Shown: positions 40,701 through 47,919 of the stretch, piece after piece | How the letters are laid out: every line of letters starts with the position of its first letter | How positions within the stretch are numbered: the stretch's first letter is position 1 | Source of the DNA: Candidatus Freyarchaeum deiterrae | GTDB lineage: Archaea > Asgardarchaeota > Jordiarchaeia > Jordiarchaeales > Jordiarchaeaceae | Assembly (NCBI GenBank): GCA_037305845.1 | Contig: CP147778.1 | Span: forward strand, 128,001-192,000 | Length of the DNA stretch: 64,000 nucleotides | Direction: 5' to 3' | Notes under the pieces: generated by a model | What the model was told of the DNA's origin: nothing | The model's database searches: none | What the model saw: only the letters and a program-made list of their open reading frames with translations | Made by a program: the position numbers and the translations under genes

Positions 40701-43564
40701 TAGCCGTTCTCGGTTGCAGTGTTACTTGAAAGAGTATTGTAAGAGCTAGAGTCTATGTAGACCCCGTAGTAGTTGTTGGTTGCGGTGTTAACCGAAAGAG
40801 TGTTATACGAGCTACTTTCTAGGCAGAAGCCGTACAAGTTGTTGTTTGTGGCGGTGTTATTAGAAAGATTGTTGTACGAGCTGTCTTTTAGGTAGAAGCC
40901 GTAATCGTTGTTGTTTGCGGCGTTACCAGAAAGAGTGTTGTTTGAGCTATCTACTAGGTAGAAACCAACGCCGTTTGTTGTAGCGGTGTTACCCGAAAGA
41001 AGATTGTTTAAACTATCTACTAGGTAGAAGCCGTCGTAGTAGTAGTAGTGGTAAAAGACGTTTACGGTGTTGCCTGAAAGAGTGTTGTTAGAGCCGTAGG
41101 ACAGGTAGAAACCGTAGTAGTTGTTGTTTAAGGTGTTGCCTGAAAGAGTGTTGTTAGAGCCGTAGGAAAGGTAGACGCCGGCACCATTATTGTTTGCGGT
41201 GTTACCCGAAAGAGTATTGTAAGAGCTGGAGTTTAGGTAGAAGCCTATACCCTCGCTAGTGGTTGCTAGGAAATAGGCTCGGAGATGATTGTATCTTCCA
41301 ACGTCTCCTTCTGCCATCAGTACATTATTAATGTATATTCTTGCATGCCAAGCGTAGTTCGGCACGTAACCAGAGCACGCATACTCGACGTAGTGACTCC
41401 CTAAGGAAACGTGTATTATAGTGGTGTAGGTAAATGAATAACCAGTTCCATCTTCGTCGAACATGTAGCCTAGATAATTCCAGAAGTCATTGGGAAGAGG
41501 TTGATCTAAAGACAAGCCATGTAACCTCCCGCAGGTGTCAGTGGTATTATGCGCCACAATGGTGATATTCACGGTAAAGTCGTAGATTTTTGCGATGACT
41601 GCGGTGTTGCCCGAGAGAGTGTTGTACGAGCAACTTTCCAAGTAGAAGCCTTCACGGCTATTATCTGTGGCGGTGTTACCAGAGAGAGTATTATACAAGC
41701 TATATACTAGGTAGAAGCCGGCACCATTATTGTTTGCTGTGTTAGCTGAAAGAGTATTGCTCAAGCTTCGGGACAGGTAGAAGCCGTAATCGTTGTTGTT
41801 TGCAGTGTTAGCTGAAAGAGTATTGCTCAAGCTACTTTCCAGGTAGAAGCCCCATCTGTTGTTTGTGGCAGTGTTACCCGAAAGAGTGTTGTTTGAGCTT
41901 TGGTAAAGGTAGAAGCCGTAATCGTTGTTGTCTGCGGCGGTATTACCAGAAAGAGTATTATATGAGCTTTTTTCTAAGAAGAAGCCCCAAAAATTATTGT
42001 CTGCTGTATTATTCGAAAAAGTGTTGTACAAGCTAGATGACAGACAAAAGCCGTAGTGGTTGTTGTTTGTGGCGGTGTTGCCCCAAAGATTATTATACGA
42101 GCTAATTTCCAAGAAGAAGCCGTAATCGTTGTTGTCTGCGCTGTTGCCCGAGAGAGTGTTATTTGAGCTTCGGGACAGGTAGAAGCCGTAATCGTTGTTG
42201 TCTGCGGCGGTATTACCAGAGAGAGTATTGTACGAACTATAGGACAGGGTGAAACCGTAGTACACGTTGTTTGTGACAGTGTTACCCGAAAGAGTATTGC
42301 TCAAGCTTCGGGACAGGTAGAAGCCGTAATCGTTGTTGTCTGCGGTGTTACCAGAGAGAGTATTATCGTTCGAGTTATATAGCAGGTAGAAGCCGTAGTA
42401 GTTGTTGGTTGCGGTGTTGCCCGAAATATTGTTGTTCGAGCTATCTACTAGTGAGAAGCCCTGGCCAGTGTTGTTTGTGGCGATGTTACCAGAAAGATTG
42501 TTGTACGAGCCGTTTTCCAGGTGGAAGCCGTCTTGCCCATTTTTGTTTGCGGTGTTACCAGAAAGAGTGTTGTACGAGCTATCTACTAGGTAGAAGCCCC
42601 ATCTGTTGTTTGTGGCAATGTTACCAGAAAGAGTATTGTACAAGCTAGAGTACAGGTAGAAACCTTCACCAGTATTGTTTGTAGCAATGTTATCCGAAAC
42701 AGTATTGTACAAGCTGTTTTCCAGTTGGAAGCCATCGTGGACGTTGTTGTTTGCGGTGTTACCAGAAAGAGTATTGTTTGAGCTATCTACTAGGTAGAAG
42801 CCCCATCTGTTGTTTGTGGCAGTGTTACCTGAGAGAGTATTGTTTGAGCTTTGGTAGAGGTAGAAGCCGAGGTTGTTGTTTGTGGCTGTGTTGTTTAGGA
42901 TTGTGCTGCCCTGTGAATTGTAGAGGATTAGACCGTTGTAGCCCTGTGTTATGGTGTTGTTCTCGATCCATGTGTTCTCCGTGTATACTGTGAGCCCTTG
43001 TTGGTCGGGCCAGGAGCCGCTGTTGTCTCCGCAGTACTTCACCCGGCTGTTGTTCATCTGGAAGGTTGCGTTTTCGTAGACTGTGAAGTAGTAGGGGTTA
43101 GCCGGGTTGATGGCGGTTATTGCGGAGGATTCGTTGATGTACAGTCCTCCGTAAACCTGGACGCCGTACTGGATGGGAATGATGCCGTTGTTCACGTTTA
43201 GTATACAGTGGATGAGGTGCAGCTCTCCGTTTTCCGTTATTTTGAGGTTTCCGTTGAGGGTTATGTTGAGGTCTTGTGAATAGTTGACGTCGCTTATTGT
43301 GGGGTTTGTCCAGGTTACGTTCGTGTAGGAATCAAATGGGTCATTTGGGTTGTTTGTGTCTTTGCTGGCTGGGTTGTTTTGGCTGTTTAGGGGATTTGGG
43401 ATGGCTGATTTGTTGTTTAGTGTGAAGATTAGTAGTTGTTGCTGTTGGTTTTGTGTTTGGTTTTGTGCTGTGATTATTGCAGCTATTGGGAGTATTATTA
43501 TTAGCAGTAGCGCGATAATCGTTATTATGATTTTTATGGGTGATTTCATTTTTTTATTTCCCAT
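31721..43564 (-). CDS. Giant surface protein: signal/TM, two NosD/CASH parallel beta-helix modules, Ig-like, CARDB domains, propeller-like repeats, OmpL47-like Ig repeats
   Basis: Uninterrupted 12-kb ORF; 22-23-aa GFYLxxSSxNTLSGNTAxNN repeats; VDP.N.I.E..ETNN CARDB motifs; D.TPP.T...G.NGW..S.V repeats. ORF is open from 43750; in-frame ATGs at 43564 and 43549 precede the hydrophobic segment. Confidence 0.9.
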   Translation of the reverse strand: MGNKKMKSPIKIIITIIALLLIIILPIAAIITAQNQTQNQQQQLLIFTLNNKSAIPNPLNSQNNPASKDTNNPNDPFDSYTNVTWTNPTISDVNYSQDLNITLNGNLKITENGELHLIHCILNVNNGIIPIQYGVQVYGGLYINESSAITAINPANPYYFTVYENATFQMNNSRVKYCGDNSGSWPDQQGLTVYTENTWIENNTITQGYNGLILYNSQGSTILNNTATNNNLGFYLYQSSNNTLSGNTATNNRWGFYLVDSSNNTLSGNTANNNVHDGFQLENSLYNTVSDNIATNNTGEGFYLYSSLYNTLSGNIATNNRWGFYLVDSSYNTLSGNTANKNGQDGFHLENGSYNNLSGNIATNNTGQGFSLVDSSNNNISGNTATNNYYGFYLLYNSNDNTLSGNTADNNDYGFYLSRSLSNTLSGNTVTNNVYYGFTLSYSSYNTLSGNTAADNNDYGFYLSRSSNNTLSGNSADNNDYGFFLEISSYNNLWGNTATNNNHYGFCLSSSLYNTFSNNTADNNFWGFFLEKSSYNTLSGNTAADNNDYGFYLYQSSNNTLSGNTATNNRWGFYLESSLSNTLSANTANNNDYGFYLSRSLSNTLSANTANNNGAGFYLVYSLYNTLSGNTATDNSREGFYLESCSYNTLSGNTAVIAKIYDFTVNITIVAHNTTDTCGRLHGLSLDQPLPNDFWNYLGYMFDEDGTGYSFTYTTIIHVSLGSHYVEYACSGYVPNYAWHARIYINNVLMAEGDVGRYNHLRAYFLATTSEGIGFYLNSSSYNTLSGNTANNNGAGVYLSYGSNNTLSGNTLNNNYYGFYLSYGSNNTLSGNTVNVFYHYYYYDGFYLVDSLNNLLSGNTATTNGVGFYLVDSSNNTLSGNAANNNDYGFYLKDSSYNNLSNNTATNNNLYGFCLESSSYNTLSVNTATNNYYGVYIDSSSYNTLSSNTATENGYGFCLVDSSYNNILSGNTANNNNEYGVYLSYGSNNTLSGNTVDNNGYYGVYLESSSYNILSGNTVDNNYYGVYLSYSSYNILSGNTANNTNNWYYSGDYYGFYLEDSSYNTLSGNTANNYYYGFGLYFSSNNTLSGNTANNNNYYYLYYGGYYYGFYLEDSSYNTLSGNTANNYYYGFGLYSSSYNTLSGNTANNNYNGYYYGYYYVFYYGFYLEDSSYNTLSGNAANNYCNGFGLYSSSNNNLSGNAANNNGYNGFYLVDGSYNTLSGNTATNNYNYGFYLEDSSNNNLSDNTATDSSIGFYLVDSSYNTLSGNTATNNYNYGFYLEDSSNNNLSDNTATDSSIGFYLVDGSYNTISGNTATNNTDYGFYLYSSSYGFYPLYSSSSYNTLSGNTANNSGTGFYLVDGSYNTISGNTATNNTDYGFYLYSSSYYFFPPYSPSSSSYNTLSGNTATDSSIGFYLYRSTYNTLSNNTAANNVVFGCGWAGFNLSYSSYNNLSGNIAINFITGYYWSFYSFSNNFTGSVWENYLRVEVTDVRGLPFPGVEIMVETDGTTVYATSFFGGLNDTTDPNGLTPWIAVPYKTFTGINQMTESITHVTVWYSSPWAVAEFSNNPRIVDMSTSHVETIQQQYTNITWTNPTITEINYSQYLNINLDGDLTITETGELHLIKCKLNVNDGYTPVQYGVKVYGGMYINDSSIITAINPANPYYFIVYENATFQMNNSRVEYCGYGSSSIDENGLVIRADNTWIENNTITQGYNGLILYYSQGNTILNNTATNNYYGFYLVNSSYNTLSGNTANSNAYCGFFLENSSYNTLSGNTANSNAYCGFFLENSSYNTLSGNTANSNAYCGFFLENSSYNTLSGNTANSNAYGFSLHSSLNNTLSGNTATNNLLGFYLHQSLNNTLSGNTANNSNGGFYLSQSSNNNLSRNIALNCTVGYYWSSDSGNNDFTGSFFGNYLLVNATDSLNYAISGVDVKVETNRTVWYATPHFGGSDPRTDLDGLTPQIVVPYSIFTGNDTMTDCTPVVTVWNSTAWFFNNPRTVNMSTPHMETFMADTLPPIVTITSPSNGAFINVTSVDITWTGSDNGVIDHYEVKLDAGSWINVGNTTTSYTLSLVVGYHTFYVTAFDMAHNYATESVSFAVGPDFAISPQNITLGKVGGTVYIYATVTNLGADYTGPITVIFFDIDENGNSTQIGSNQTIGGLLHGESKTVSVSWTFDQFHTVQVVVDPGNTIEEIDETNNVAQKNIYASRPAVQSVSSEFGVWKRSDYLGTFIVRVDVINKFTAVILDNEGPDLVVKVVFELNCITYDATRVSGGSWECALNMGSLTTSQNTLKITAYDQLGLISETKTITIHAIELPKWFKWPNQQIEWYPAEQKYVTVNIESIGYQFTYLDKTGEDASQALPGLGDTLKTLSFASEYSLNKTLIYYVNGVAKYRMEATYKGSIGGAEVSRFDRAEPTVDNDLNIQDYIMTTSVTASYTQREGVGFGFFIKLYFGSTEIDLGLGFRLGGDISIGVNYTTQKKYVGNSLDPIWTASYIGIMLRGTLYGELNALFVGARIEASVYTNIGIVLNQTKDETSPHLQSSYGDPLFGLRLQVSAWAFGIPFVPQTVVWEWRSPASLIPVEPSSATNYTSPRIASDNHGNAMMVWVQGRTDGNNTYPNICYSTWNGTGWGTSGYVSNDDYYNFDPALTYDSNGNVIAVWSRVPSNVTPQSDNLVDLFKNQEIVYSIWNGSAWSAPQQITNNTFADGSAAVTAGPDGKVVAVWVRDTDSNISTTNDTDLYYSVWDGTQWSPEAALTNNSFMDYSVSLAHDSKGRVIACWVRDLDGNLSTTSDTQLMYAMWDGTSWGPEGLVTTLNETKESPSVTFDRNDNALVTWVGGNESVYSLYCAYMDNTTGTWSEPEIVHEDPSFISKPTINVDQKNTAVIVWRGFVYNATENYFNGQICYATKNLSDPNAIWSGVKYLTNDNETNWMPSACITQPSNNLLVAWDKEGVVSNLTHPIKPDLALDSSDITFSNNYPSEGEIVNIMARVRNIGDVDAYNVRVDFYDGDPNSGGFLIGTQRINYLPYDGEVNVTCPWIAKPGTHNIYVVIDSLGSISEIDETNNVAYKSISTLPDLTVSPTDITFSKYNPSAGETITISATIHNQGGTSAENVLVQFYSNSVLIGSQTIPLLGSNDSTTVSTAWTAAAGQNNITVVIDPNNVIAEFNKENNVASTTMSILPDLEATGISLSGHELLPGENVTITTEIRNSGNADATGVLIEFFDGNPYINGTLIYSETTNLPMGGTHTSSFVWTPPQGIHQVFVVVNRENLIAESNETNNVQYDELVVKLVPDLTVLVPEIMMKPGYVKIIAPIQNIGEAGATGVVVALYDGDPATGGTMINGATILNIAAGETVNVSLTVYHPPVNEYLYIVVDPENTITESNETNNEATIKYIADLTPPTTTIDLSGTPGLNGWFVSPVTVNLTASDDLSGVDMTQYSFDNTTWNIYTGPFTITTEGVTTLYYNSTDNAGNVENTSTEVIMIDMTPPVTAISLSGTPGLNGWFTSNVDINLTANDNVSGIAMTEYSFDNTTWNTYTEPLTITAEGVTTVYYKSIDVAGNVETAKSETIKIDKTLPVTAISLSGVLGLNGWYISNVNVTLSPIDNTSGVNITEYSFDGTTWVTYTGPFTLTAEGSTTVYYNSTDNAGNMEATKTEIIKIDKTPPVTAISLNGTSGLNGWYTSNVNFYLSATDNVSGLNITEYSFDNTTWNTYKGPFTITAEGITTIYYRSTDNAGNVETTKSETIKIDKTPPTTVLIIGTHYTDGNGSIYVTSSTVFALTATDATPGSGVANTYYRINSGNWTLYVGAFNITGPIGTYTIDYYSVDNAGNKETPKTTTVIMEEAFQGCGGLLIGKQWFTGNATLFLSEHMIRIQVGDQIATWNIVKHIKMGQFEFYYGEGEFGKIILMIHRGGTSTQVFAVGGGVLFFSCTKPLTACENKR
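38078..38336. repeat. Exact 69-bp tandem repeat (~3.75 copies) within the giant gene
   Basis: Units start at 38078, 38147, 38216 and 38285; encodes GFFLENSSYNTLSGNTANSNAYC. Confidence 0.92.
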
Positions 43565-43573
43565 CTTTGGGTA

Positions 43574-43690
43574 TTTTTTTTCATGGCGCCCCTCCTCGGC
43601 GCTCCCCTCTGTTACTGTCGAGAGGTTTATCCCCCTCTTCATGGTAACGCTTGTATAAGTCTGGTTCCCCTCACTTATTTTCCCGAAACC
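43574..43690 (-). promoter_or_regulatory. Structured 5' leader of the giant gene with SD-in-loop hairpin and A8 tract
   Basis: Minus-strand stems ataagt/acttat, gttac..agagg/cctct..gtaac and gcgcc-GAGGAGG-ggcgc, then ATG (43584) followed by A8; TATA-like tttatatg near 43750. Confidence 0.5.
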
Positions 43691-44042
43691 CCGCATTTCC
43701 GATTTCCAAGATAACTGAGAAGGTAACTTCTTAAACCGTCTATCATTCATATAAATTTTTCTCTTAACTCAATTTATTTCACAAAAAATGCCTTGCTATA
43801 CTATATAATAGTTTCTTTCTTCCTCGCCTTCGACCTCCTTTAACCCTAGGCGGGACAGAAACTAAAGTCCGCTAAAATTAAAAAGAGAGATAAATTATGC
43901 AACGGGGGTCTTCTCAAGTCTTCAGAAATAGTGTACCGCATATTCCTAAACTCACTACATAGTGCTAGTCTCGCGTCCAGCAAAAGGCTAATAGCGGATA
44001 ACAGACATAATTCTAAGAAAAAAAGAACCATGAGGAATTGAT

Positions 44043-45359
44043 ATGCAAGGTAAGGATGAGTATAAAGAAATAAAATTTCCCAAGGGTTTCCTCTGGGGTG
44101 CTGCGACCTCAGCTCATCAAGTCGAGGGCAACAACACCAATAATCAATGGTGGGCTTGGGAGCAGGAAGGGGGACATATAAGCGACGGCTCGGTTTCTGG
44201 GCGTGCCTGCGACCACTATAATCTCTACGAGAAGGACTTCGACTTGGTCAAAGAGTTGGGTCACACTGTTCACCGGTTCTCCATAGAGTGGAGCCGCATA
44301 GAGCCCAAAGAAGGCTTGTGGAGCGAGAAGGAGATTGAACACTACCGCAAGGTGATTCAGGCCCTGAAGGAGAGAGGTATCGTTCCTATGGTTACTCTGC
44401 ATCATTTCACTAATCCAATTTGGTTGGAGGAGAAGGGGGGATGGCTGAATCCTGAGATTGTTGATTTCTTTGAGCGATTCACAAGGAAAATTGTGGAATC
44501 ACTGGGAGACCTCATACCGTTTTATAACACTATTAATGAGGCAGTTACAACGGCATTCATTGATTATGGTCTCGGTGTCCACCCACCCTGCCACAAGGAT
44601 ATGAACGAGTTCTACACCGCGGGAAAACACTTCCTAATGGCTCACGCAAAATGCTACCACGCAATACACGAAACCGTAAAAGACATGGGGTTTAAAATCA
44701 AGCCCCAGGTGGGTACAGTGAACCAGATGATTTACTACGATCCCGTAGACCCCAACGTGAAAGAGGACGTAGAAGAGGCGGGAAAGATAGATGAGTTGAC
44801 CAACAGATGGTTCCTCGACGGAATCCACACCGGAATCATTAGAAAACCCTTCGGCGAAGACAAAGAACTGGACTATATTAAAGGCTCACAGGACTTCATA
44901 GGAGTAAACTACTACACCAGAACACAAATAACTCCTAGACTTAACGACCCAAAAGTTCTGGAGCTTATGCTGTCTCGCGTGGGAGAAAACACAGACATGT
45001 ACGAAGTGTACCCAGAAGGATTATACAAGCAGCTCATGTCCGTTAAGAAGTATGGAAAACCGGTTTACGTCACCGAGAACGGAATAGCCACTAAGGACGA
45101 TAACCAGCGATGCCGATACATTCTAACCCATTTAAAAATTGCTCACAACGCGATTCGTGAAGGATTAAACTTGAAAGGGTTCATTTACTGGTCACTAATG
45201 GATAATTTCGAGTGGGGGTTCGGCTTTTCCATGAGATTCGGACTAATAGAAGTAAACTATGAAACACTGGAAAGAAAACCACGTCCCAGCGCGTACCTAT
45301 ACCGGAACATAATAAAGAGTAACAAAATCACTACCCAACAATTTGAAAATTATTTCTAA
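44043..45359 (+). CDS. Glycoside hydrolase family 1 (beta-glucosidase/galactosidase)
   Basis: FLWGAATSAHQVEG, RFSIEWSRI, TINE acid/base, VTENG nucleophile, WSLMDNFEW. Confidence 0.95.
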   Translation: MQGKDEYKEIKFPKGFLWGAATSAHQVEGNNTNNQWWAWEQEGGHISDGSVSGRACDHYNLYEKDFDLVKELGHTVHRFSIEWSRIEPKEGLWSEKEIEHYRKVIQALKERGIVPMVTLHHFTNPIWLEEKGGWLNPEIVDFFERFTRKIVESLGDLIPFYNTINEAVTTAFIDYGLGVHPPCHKDMNEFYTAGKHFLMAHAKCYHAIHETVKDMGFKIKPQVGTVNQMIYYDPVDPNVKEDVEEAGKIDELTNRWFLDGIHTGIIRKPFGEDKELDYIKGSQDFIGVNYYTRTQITPRLNDPKVLELMLSRVGENTDMYEVYPEGLYKQLMSVKKYGKPVYVTENGIATKDDNQRCRYILTHLKIAHNAIREGLNLKGFIYWSLMDNFEWGFGFSMRFGLIEVNYETLERKPRPSAYLYRNIIKSNKITTQQFENYF

Positions 45360-45365
45360 AAAGCA

Positions 45366-45539
45366 TTAGTCCATTTCTGGAATTTTAGCATCTTCATCCT
45401 CTAAGTACAGGCTTATGGCTTCCTTCAGATTTTTAATAGCTTCCTCTATGTTCTCTGCTTGGCTTGCTATGTCGAGCTCAGGGCAAAGAGCGACGTAGAA
45501 CTTTTCTTCCTTAGTAATTACCGCTGAAAATTGCAACAT
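45366..45539 (-). CDS. hicB: Solo short HicB-like antitoxin
   Basis: YVALCPELDIASQAENIEEAIKNLKEAISLYLE; no adjacent hicA. Confidence 0.8.
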   Translation of the reverse strand: MLQFSAVITKEEKFYVALCPELDIASQAENIEEAIKNLKEAISLYLEDEDAKIPEMD

Positions 45540-45657
45540 AACCACCTTTAGCAAAATCAAAAAGCTCAACCATAAAAACCCTTCTATTTCAGACACCAAT
45601 AATTTTGCTTTTACTGTTTGTTGCCATTATCACGGTTGTTTTGAGTGATTATTATCT

Positions 45658-46887
45658 CTAGTGTTTGTAGAATCCCATTTTGGTTTTGTATCCCAGCTCT
45701 CCTTTTTTTACTTTTTTTATAAGGAGTGGATTCGGCTCCAGCATATGGTTCATATTGTCGATTTTTCCAAACCTCTTTTTTAACTGTTCGAGTCCTTCTA
45801 CCACGTTGTCTATGCCCATCTGATCGGCGAGTTCCAGCAGGCCTACGGGCATGATGTAGCCGATTTTCACCGCCTTGTCTACTTCTTCTACTGTTGCTGC
45901 TCCGTCGTTTACGATTTCAGCCATCCGGTTTATTCCTACGAGCTGTGACCAGATGGGGTTGTATTTGTCTGCTATTTTTTCGTTCCATGATTCGGGCTGC
46001 TTCCAAACTTTATCGGGGTATTCGTAGAATCCTTTTCCGGTGTCCACGCCGTTGTGTCCAGCCTCTATCAATTCATCCCATACTGGTGAAACCTTGAAGC
46101 CGGGCTCTCTCTGTTCAATGAACTTCTGCACGTGGTAAGTGGTCACTAATCCTAGGAAGTCGTTTAGACCGAATGTGCCCATTGGCTGTCCTAGCTTGTA
46201 GTGGAGGGCGGAGTCTATCTCGGCGGGTGTGAATTCTCCTGCGCTTACCAGCCAGCTCACAAAATTGAGCATCGTTGTCACCGTTCTATTGGCTAGAAAT
46301 CCGGGAATATCCTTCTTACATACCACGGGATCTCGGTCTATTCTCTTCATGAGATCCAGTGTGAGGTTCACGGTTTCGTCGCTGGTCTTGGCTCCGTATA
46401 CTATCTCCACCAGTTTTATCCTTTGGGGTGGGTTGAAAAAGTGTGTGCCTACAATTTTGTCTGGTTTCTTTGTTCCTTTCTGAATCTCTGTTATGGGGAG
46501 GACGCTGGTGTTGGTTGAGAGTATCACGCCTTCTGGGACGAGTTTCTCCACTTCTCTGAAGACTTTTTGCTTGAGTTCAAGCTGTTCTGGAATTGTCTCA
46601 ATAACATACTGAGAGTTTTTAACCGACTCTTTCAAATCTGTGAAGGGTTTTATTCGCTCCATGGTGGGCTCAATGTCATCCTTTGGAAACTCTCCCTTCT
46701 CCGCGTACCTTTTGAGAATGTACCTTATTCTATCAATATTTTTGTCGAGTATCTCACTGTTTAAATCCCTTAAATTAACCTGATACCCGGACGTTGCAAT
46801 GACCTGCGCGATTCCTAGTCCCATATGGCCGGAACCTAGAACAGTAATGGTTTCAACATCTTCAACATTCATTTCCATCAACTCCAT
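45658..46887 (-). CDS. 3-hydroxyacyl-CoA dehydrogenase family protein
   Basis: GSGHMG, ETIPE, TNTS, GTHFFNPP..LVE, KDIPGFLANR, duplicated C-terminal domain. Confidence 0.93.
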   Translation of the reverse strand: MELMEMNVEDVETITVLGSGHMGLGIAQVIATSGYQVNLRDLNSEILDKNIDRIRYILKRYAEKGEFPKDDIEPTMERIKPFTDLKESVKNSQYVIETIPEQLELKQKVFREVEKLVPEGVILSTNTSVLPITEIQKGTKKPDKIVGTHFFNPPQRIKLVEIVYGAKTSDETVNLTLDLMKRIDRDPVVCKKDIPGFLANRTVTTMLNFVSWLVSAGEFTPAEIDSALHYKLGQPMGTFGLNDFLGLVTTYHVQKFIEQREPGFKVSPVWDELIEAGHNGVDTGKGFYEYPDKVWKQPESWNEKIADKYNPIWSQLVGINRMAEIVNDGAATVEEVDKAVKIGYIMPVGLLELADQMGIDNVVEGLEQLKKRFGKIDNMNHMLEPNPLLIKKVKKGELGYKTKMGFYKH

Positions 46888-47032
46888 ATCATAGCCAATA
46901 ATTTACGCATCCAAGATATATATCTTAACCCAAAAAACAGAACCCCGGCGCCCAACAAGTGTTAAAGAGCTTATCCTATTGCTCCCCTCATTTCTCTAAA
47001 AATTTCCTGTGAGAGAATCTTTTATTGTATTT

Positions 47033-47440
47033 TTATGGCTTCAGTAATTCCAACATTTCGTTTATTGTCACTATTTTTATTCCTTTGAACTCTTTTAATG
47101 AAAGCAGATGTTGGTCGCCTGAAACAATGTAATCGGCTTTTCCATCGTAGGATGTCCTCAAAATTATGTCATCGCTAGGATCTTGTCTAACAACTTTAAA
47201 CCTGCTCTTAACGCTCACAATATTGCTTACACTAAGAACAAAGTTCATTATTACATTCTGCTGGTTTCTAGATAACTTGAATTTATCTCTGGTTATTACT
47301 TTCTTGAACTCCAGGATTATCTGTGCGGATAAGATAAGAATGATTTTCCCTTCTAAAACCGCGTCTATTAGTAGCTTTGATTTTCCAGCATGAACTGTTC
47401 CTGAAACTAGCACGTTGGTGTCGAAAACAACTTTGAGCAT
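47033..47440 (-). CDS. PIN-domain (VapC-like) toxin
   Basis: VVFDTNVLVS, DPSDD, IVSGDQHLL. Confidence 0.9.
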   Translation of the reverse strand: MLKVVFDTNVLVSGTVHAGKSKLLIDAVLEGKIILILSAQIILEFKKVITRDKFKLSRNQQNVIMNFVLSVSNIVSVKSRFKVVRQDPSDDIILRTSYDGKADYIVSGDQHLLSLKEFKGIKIVTINEMLELLKP

Positions 47441-47449
47441 GATAATCGC

Positions 47450-47737
47450 TTATGCTTTTGCCTTTTCTCTTCTATAAGCGTCTACTTCCTTTTTTACATC
47501 TTCTTCTGTTAAAGGTCCGTATTTCTTGTTTCTCTCTTCGATGATTTCTTTTATTTTATCCCATTCCTCTTTCAGATCTGGTAGTTGAATCTTCTTCATA
47601 ATGATAATATCTCCTTCGCCGTAAACTATGAGTTTAGTCTTAGGCTTAAGCCCGAGTTTTTCACGTAAGGCTTGAGGTATGACCACTTGGCCCTTCGCAC
47701 TAATAGTAGTAATCTCAGCTTCAGTCAAAAATGTCAC
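47450..47737 (-). CDS. AbrB/MazE/SpoVT family antitoxin
   Basis: ISAKGQVVIPQALREKLGL; directly upstream of the PIN gene. Confidence 0.9.
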   Translation of the reverse strand: MTFLTEAEITTISAKGQVVIPQALREKLGLKPKTKLIVYGEGDIIIMKKIQLPDLKEEWDKIKEIIEERNKKYGPLTEEDVKKEVDAYRREKAKA

Positions 47738-47919
47738 CTACTACTGGTAGTATTATTTTACTTTCTTACTATATAAAGATAGCCTGAGTTTCTTAAACAA
47801 ATCCCTTTTGGATATTTTACTCAAAGAAGCTGACCTTTTTGGGAAGATTTTATAAAAAAGAAAAGTAGATGGGTTTCTGGTTTTAGAGTGTTTGCTACCC
47901 GAACAAGTATTATAATGTT

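Noticed and set aside
39187-40749. Long alternative-frame and antisense ORFs (434 aa, 189 aa, 132 aa) within the giant gene
   Set aside because: Thr- or Cys/Ser-rich shadows of the AAC/TAC-rich repeat codons
39380-41070. A complete diversity-generating retroelement
   Set aside because: No reverse transcriptase or template/variable repeat pair in the window; some loop codons (TGG, CTT) do not fit simple AAC mutagenesis
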